Source of the DNA: Octopus sinensis
Taxonomy: Eukaryota
Direction: 5' to 3'
Length of the DNA stretch: 40,511 nt
Assembly: GCF_006345805.1 (NCBI RefSeq)
Contig: NW_021835325.1
Location: 1 to 40,511 of the forward strand
The translations under genes were made by a program, and so were the position numbers. Below the pieces are notes generated by a model that worked only from the letters and a program-made list of their open reading frames with translations, made no database searches and was not told the origin of the DNA. Below are positions 35,801 through 40,511 of this stretch, in pieces; within the stretch, counting starts at the first letter, position 1, and each line of letters begins with the position of its first letter.

Positions 35801-35872
35801 TAACCAAGCTACCATTGGTTTCATGTTAAAGAAGATAGCTTTCTTACCATGAAACCAATGGTAGCCTGGTTA
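35801..35872. repeat. Near-perfect hairpin, about 34-bp arms and 4-nt loop
   Basis: TAACCAAGCTACCATTGGTTTCATGTTAAAGAAG-ATAG-CTTTCTTACCATGAAACCAATGGTAGCCTGGTTA. Confidence 0.88.
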
Positions 35873-36009
35873 ATCTACAAATAAAAAATATTTATTCACC
35901 AATGTAGTGTTGAGTACTCATCACTACTATACGATATTAATGTACTGGTTATACATAAATAAATATGAGTGTATAACACACACACACACACACACACATA
36001 CATACATAC

Positions 36010-36700
36010 ATCATCATCATTTAATGTCCGTGTTCCATGTTAGCATGGGTGGGATGGTATCACAAGAGCTGGCCAGGCTGAAACCTGCACCAGACTTATG
36101 TGATTGTTTTGGCACTGTGTGATAGTTGTAAAAGGATTATCACAGTCATACTAGCAGTGCCATTAATTTCCAATATTTAGCAAAAGCATGGGGAAATATC
36201 TCCTTGCTTGGAAACAGGTGAGGGTTGGCAACAGGAAGTGCATCCAGCCATAGAAAATCTGCCTCAGTAAACTGCCTGACCCATGCAAGTATGGAAAAGT
36301 GAATGTTAAAATGATGATGATCTTTCTCATCGTTCTAAATTCATTTTCCATGTATATATATCATTATCATCATCATCATCAGTGTTTAACATCCACCTTC
36401 AATGCTGGCATAAGTGGGATGGTTTACCAGAAGGTGACCAGGCAGGAGTGTGCACCAGACTTCTGTGACTGTATTGGCAGGATTATTATAACTGGATGCA
36501 CTTCCTAACACCAACCACTCAGTAGGGTGGACTTAGTGCTTTTTACATGGCACATGCACAGGCAAGGTCAGTTTTGGCAAGGTTTTTACAGCTGGATACT
36601 CTTCTGTACACCAACCACTTTATAGTGAGGGCTGGATGCTTTTTAAGTGGCACCTGCACTGACAGGGTTACCAAGTAACTTGCAAGGCAAAACTCATTTG
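36010..36700. mobile_element. Three alternating-orientation copies of a (TGA)n-tailed retroelement 3' end
   Basis: CATCATCAT-started minus copies at 36010 and 36368; plus copy at 36170-36320 ending GGAAAAGTGAATGTTAAAATGATGATGA; related pieces at about 10990-11140 and 19790-19900. Confidence 0.65.
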
Positions 36701-36862
36701 TGAGGAGAGGGGACATCTTCCTCTTCTCTCTTCAAGGTGACCTTGTATCAGATGATGAAAGGTTATAGTGAGACAGAAAGACAGAAACAGGTGTCTTGCT
36801 GTAAAGGAGGTACAAGGTTATCCAGCCAGATAGAGACAGACATATATATATATATATATTAA

Positions 36863-37240
36863 GAAGCACTCCGTCGATTACGACGATGAGGGTTCCGGTT
36901 GATCCGAATCAACGGAACAGCCTGCTTGTGAAATTAACGTGTAAGTGGCTGAGCACTCCACAGACATGTGCACCCTTAACGTAGGGGATATTCAGCGTGA
37001 CACAGAGAGTGACAAGGCCGGCCCCTTGAAATACAGGTACAACAGAAACAGGAAGTAAGAGTGAGAGAAAGTTGTGGTGAAAGAGTACAGCAGGGATCAC
37101 CCCCATCCCCTGCCGGAGCCTCGTGGAGCTTTTAGGTGTCTTTGCTCAATAAACACTCACAACGCCCGGTCTGGGAATCGAAACCGCGATCCTATGACTG
37201 TGAGTCCACTGCCCTAACCACTGGGCCATTGCGCCTCCAC
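36863..37240 (-). mobile_element. SINE family B, full length
   Basis: Reverse complement of the 12824-13208-type element. Confidence 0.93.
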
Positions 37241-37526
37241 ATATATATATATAGAGAGAGAGATTGAGAGAGATCAAGGATGAAGACTGAAACAGGTGTG
37301 CTGCTGCAAGGAGATACATAGTTACCCAACCTAAGGGAAATGCAGGAGGAGGAGGAAATAGTGAGAGAGTGGGAGATAACAGGATATAGATGGTGGCAAA
37401 ATGCCAGGCATACTCCCAACGATGTAATCATCATCAACATCGTCTTATATCCATTTTAAACACACACACTCACACATACATTAAATGTATATGTATATAT
37501 ATTAAATATAAATGTATATTTAAGAT

Positions 37527-37887
37527 TAGGGCAGCGGACTCGCGGTCATAGGATCACGGTTTCGATTCCCAGACCGGGCGTTGTGAGTGTTTATTGAGCG
37601 AAAAAACACCTAAAGCCCCCGAGGCTCCGGCAGGGGATGGTGATGATCCCTACTGTACTCTTTCGCCACAACTTTCTCTCACTCTTACTTCTTGTTTCTG
37701 TTGTATCTGTATTTCAAAGGGCTGGCCTTGTCACTCTCTGTGTCATGCTGAATATCCCCGAGAACTACGTTAAGGGTACACGTGTTTGTGGAGTGCTCAG
37801 CCACTTACACGTTAATTTCACGAGCAGGCTGTTCCGTTGATTCGGATCAACCGGAACCCTCATCGTCATAACCGATGGAGTGCTTCC
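37527..37887 (+). mobile_element. SINE family B, 5'-truncated, with 11-bp target-site duplication
   Basis: ATATTTAAGAT at 37516-37526 and 37888-37898. Confidence 0.93.
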
Positions 37888-38839
37888 ATATTTAAGATCT
37901 TATGCAATGCCCAAGAAAGGCTAAGCAAAAAATATTTAAGTACAACCATACATAAGATGTCTAATGTTTTTATAATATTTTGGGAAAACTTTCCTTTATC
38001 AAATATAGGATAGGAAATAATCTGTTGGATTATTTATTGTATTCCTACTAATGAAATTGCAATAGCTTATCAAGTAATCATATCCCCTAGCAACACCACC
38101 ACAATGTACTACTACCAATACTACAACCATCACTAGCACCATGTTGATACTACCTGTACTGCTATACCTACTGTCTACCACCGCTGCCGCCGCCGCCTCC
38201 ACCACCACCATCATCACAGTCAGCATATCATTACTGAGTAAATAAGATGGCCGCTACATGGCCACTCACTCTGCTAGAAACAGCAGCTAAATCTTCTGCA
38301 AATCACACTCTTTTAAAAAAAGGAAGATATATGATAACATAATCATCTTGAGTGCATTGCATCATAGAGAAAGATGAGACAGTTACAACTAAAAAGCCTT
38401 TGGACATCTTCATTTTCCACCTTACCATCATCATCATCATAGGCCTGCTCATCACAGCTGACCTGGGGCTTAACAATTACTAACAACATCAACATCAATA
38501 ATATTGTTATTACTATTATAACAACACCCAACACCTTTCAGCATCACCATCAAAATCAGCAACATTATTATAACCGTTGTAAGTATGCATTATCGGTTTA
38601 GCTGGATTGATCCAAGTTAAATGAACCTGCGTAACAGAGGGAACTAATTAATTCCAAGAATATTAAAAGCAATAAAGAAATTAGAATGGAATGTTCCCAA
38701 CAATCAACAAACATATATATATATATAAAAAAAAAGACAACACAACAGCGAAGTATAAGAAAAACAAAAACAAAAATGTTAAGTAGAATCAAAAGAAAGA
38801 AGATATATATCGGAAAAATTAAACTACTACTCTCATTAT

Positions 38840-38920
38840 AACTGAGTGTACATGTATATATATATATCGATATATATATATATATAATATATATATTATA
38901 TAGAATATATAGATATATAC

Positions 38921-38967
<47 letters not shown>

Positions 38968-39213
38968 CATATATATATACATATTATATTATTCATAATA
39001 TATATACATATAATATACATATATATATACATATATATATACATATATATAAACACACACACGCATATATATATACATATATATACATACATATACACAT
39101 ACATACATATATACATATATATATATACATACACACACATAATATTTTATACATACATGCACATATATTTATATATAAGATATATATATATATTTATAAA
39201 TATGCATGTATGC

Positions 39214-39252
<39 letters not shown>

Positions 39253-39335
39253 GATATACATATACACATATATATATACATACACACACATATATATATA
39301 CATATATATATATGTATGTATGTATTCATGCATAC
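38840..39335. repeat. (TA)n/(TACA)n microsatellite field
   Basis: Direct reading. Confidence 0.93.
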
Positions 39336-39519
39336 ATTGAGTGGATTAATTAGTTTATTTATTCATTTATTTAAGATACTCAAATTTCTTAGAATCATTC
39401 AATCATAAGAAAAAAAGGGGCAGAGTGGGGGTGTGGTGCTGAAGGAAGTAAAACAAAAAAATAAGTAGCATTTCAATGAAGTGCTTGTCTGTGTTAGTTC
39501 ATGTGTATCATGCATGGTT

Positions 39520-40230
39520 GTGGGTAGGAATAGGAGGTAGGATGCTGGGGTAGTGAGAGAGAGAGAGAGAGAGAAATGGAAAATTGAAGGGATTGGAGAG
39601 AGAGAGAGAAAGAGAGAGGGAGAGAAGGGAGATATGTAGAGAGGCACAAGTAGTAGTAAGTAATAGTGAGAGAGAAATAGATGTGGTGAAAGAGACATAG
39701 ATATGGTTGAGATGGACAGAGGTAGCAAAGGAGGGGGAAGGGGGAGAGGTAGTAGGGAAGCAGGAGTATATGCATGAGAGGGCCATGAGTTAGTGAGAGA
39801 TGGGGAGGAATGATGCAGAAAGGGAATTGTTGCAATAAGAAGTAGTGTGAGGGAAATATTGTGGGGGTGGGGGGGGGGCAGAGGTAGCAGTGAAGATAAA
39901 GTGAAGGGGGGGGGGTAGAATATGTAGAGAGAAGAAGAAGCAGTGAGAGGAAGGGAAGAGGAGTGATAGACAGGAGGCAGAAGTAGTGAGGAGGAGAAGG
40001 TGGAGGGATAGTGAAAGAGAGAAGAGGAAGATGTAAAGAGAGAGAAGAGGTGTGTGAGAAAGAGGGACTAAGGTAGAGAAGAAGAGAAAGTAAAGGAGTG
40101 AAAGAGAGGGATGTAGGAAGAAAGAAGTTGTGAGGGGGAGGTGAAGTAATAGAAAGGTGGGCAGAGGCAGTGGTAAAAAGATGAAAAGAAAAGGAAAAGG
40201 AAATATAGTGAGAAATAGATGAGATAGATA
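39520..40230. repeat. Purine-rich (GA/GGA) low-complexity tract with G-runs
   Basis: Strong purine skew; G-runs at about 39862-39879 and 39905-39915. Confidence 0.85.
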
Positions 40231-40244
40231 TAGGGGTCAGAGTT

Positions 40245-40511
40245 AATGTTGAGTGTGCAGAATATTCTCAACTCTCTTACAGGATATGCTAATAGCATTG
40301 GCTATTTGATTTATAGTTATCACCTGTCATCCATTAGCATGATGTTTTCCTTTGTGGTGTCACTTTGCAGGATGTCCAGATCTTGGTCATCTTCAAGACT
40401 CTCCCTTTCTCGCCTAAATTCAACTGCCCACTTTTGCAGTTGATAAATCAAGAGCATCATCACCCTATTGTAGCAACCATATCAGCATGAATGTCCTTGG
40501 GAGCTAAGGTA
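40245..40511 (-). mobile_element. Degraded mariner transposase N-terminus running off the window edge
   Basis: LAPKDIHADMVAT../DDA..LST/QKWAVEFRRERESLEDD/RSGHPA...ENI...MDDR/TINQIANAISISCKRVENILH, typical of the mariner HTH region; frameshifts present. Confidence 0.88.

Overview
AT-rich, microsatellite- and transposon-dense eukaryotic DNA. The SINE repertoire and the (TA)n/(TG)n/(TACA)n load look like an octopus (coleoid cephalopod) genome; this is inferred from repeat style, not from a marker gene. Nearly all supplied ORFs are artefacts of microsatellites or SINE antisense frames, and there is no intact long CDS, RNA gene or CRISPR array. Recognisable relics: three mariner pieces (one a TIR-to-TIR internally deleted copy), a Tigger/pogo HTH, a Helitron helicase C-terminus, R4/Dong-like and Tx1/L1-like reverse transcriptases, TTAA-bounded MITEs, and over 20 tRNA-derived SINE copies in at least three families. 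Reading splice signals by eye gives a phase-consistent chain of very small + strand exons (14302-25517) encoding ...LKQLPADDYDKIKFVDRSVGLLHGTLRNIMEYTVGYWNQFKKFMARNL*, product unknown and unconfirmed. The most striking structure is a perfect 70-bp inverted repeat (14818-14887 / 15036-15105) that encloses the 16-nt exon candidate and covers its likely branch point. A second long fold-back (3626-3898) has a loop copied from the neighbouring Helitron helicase.
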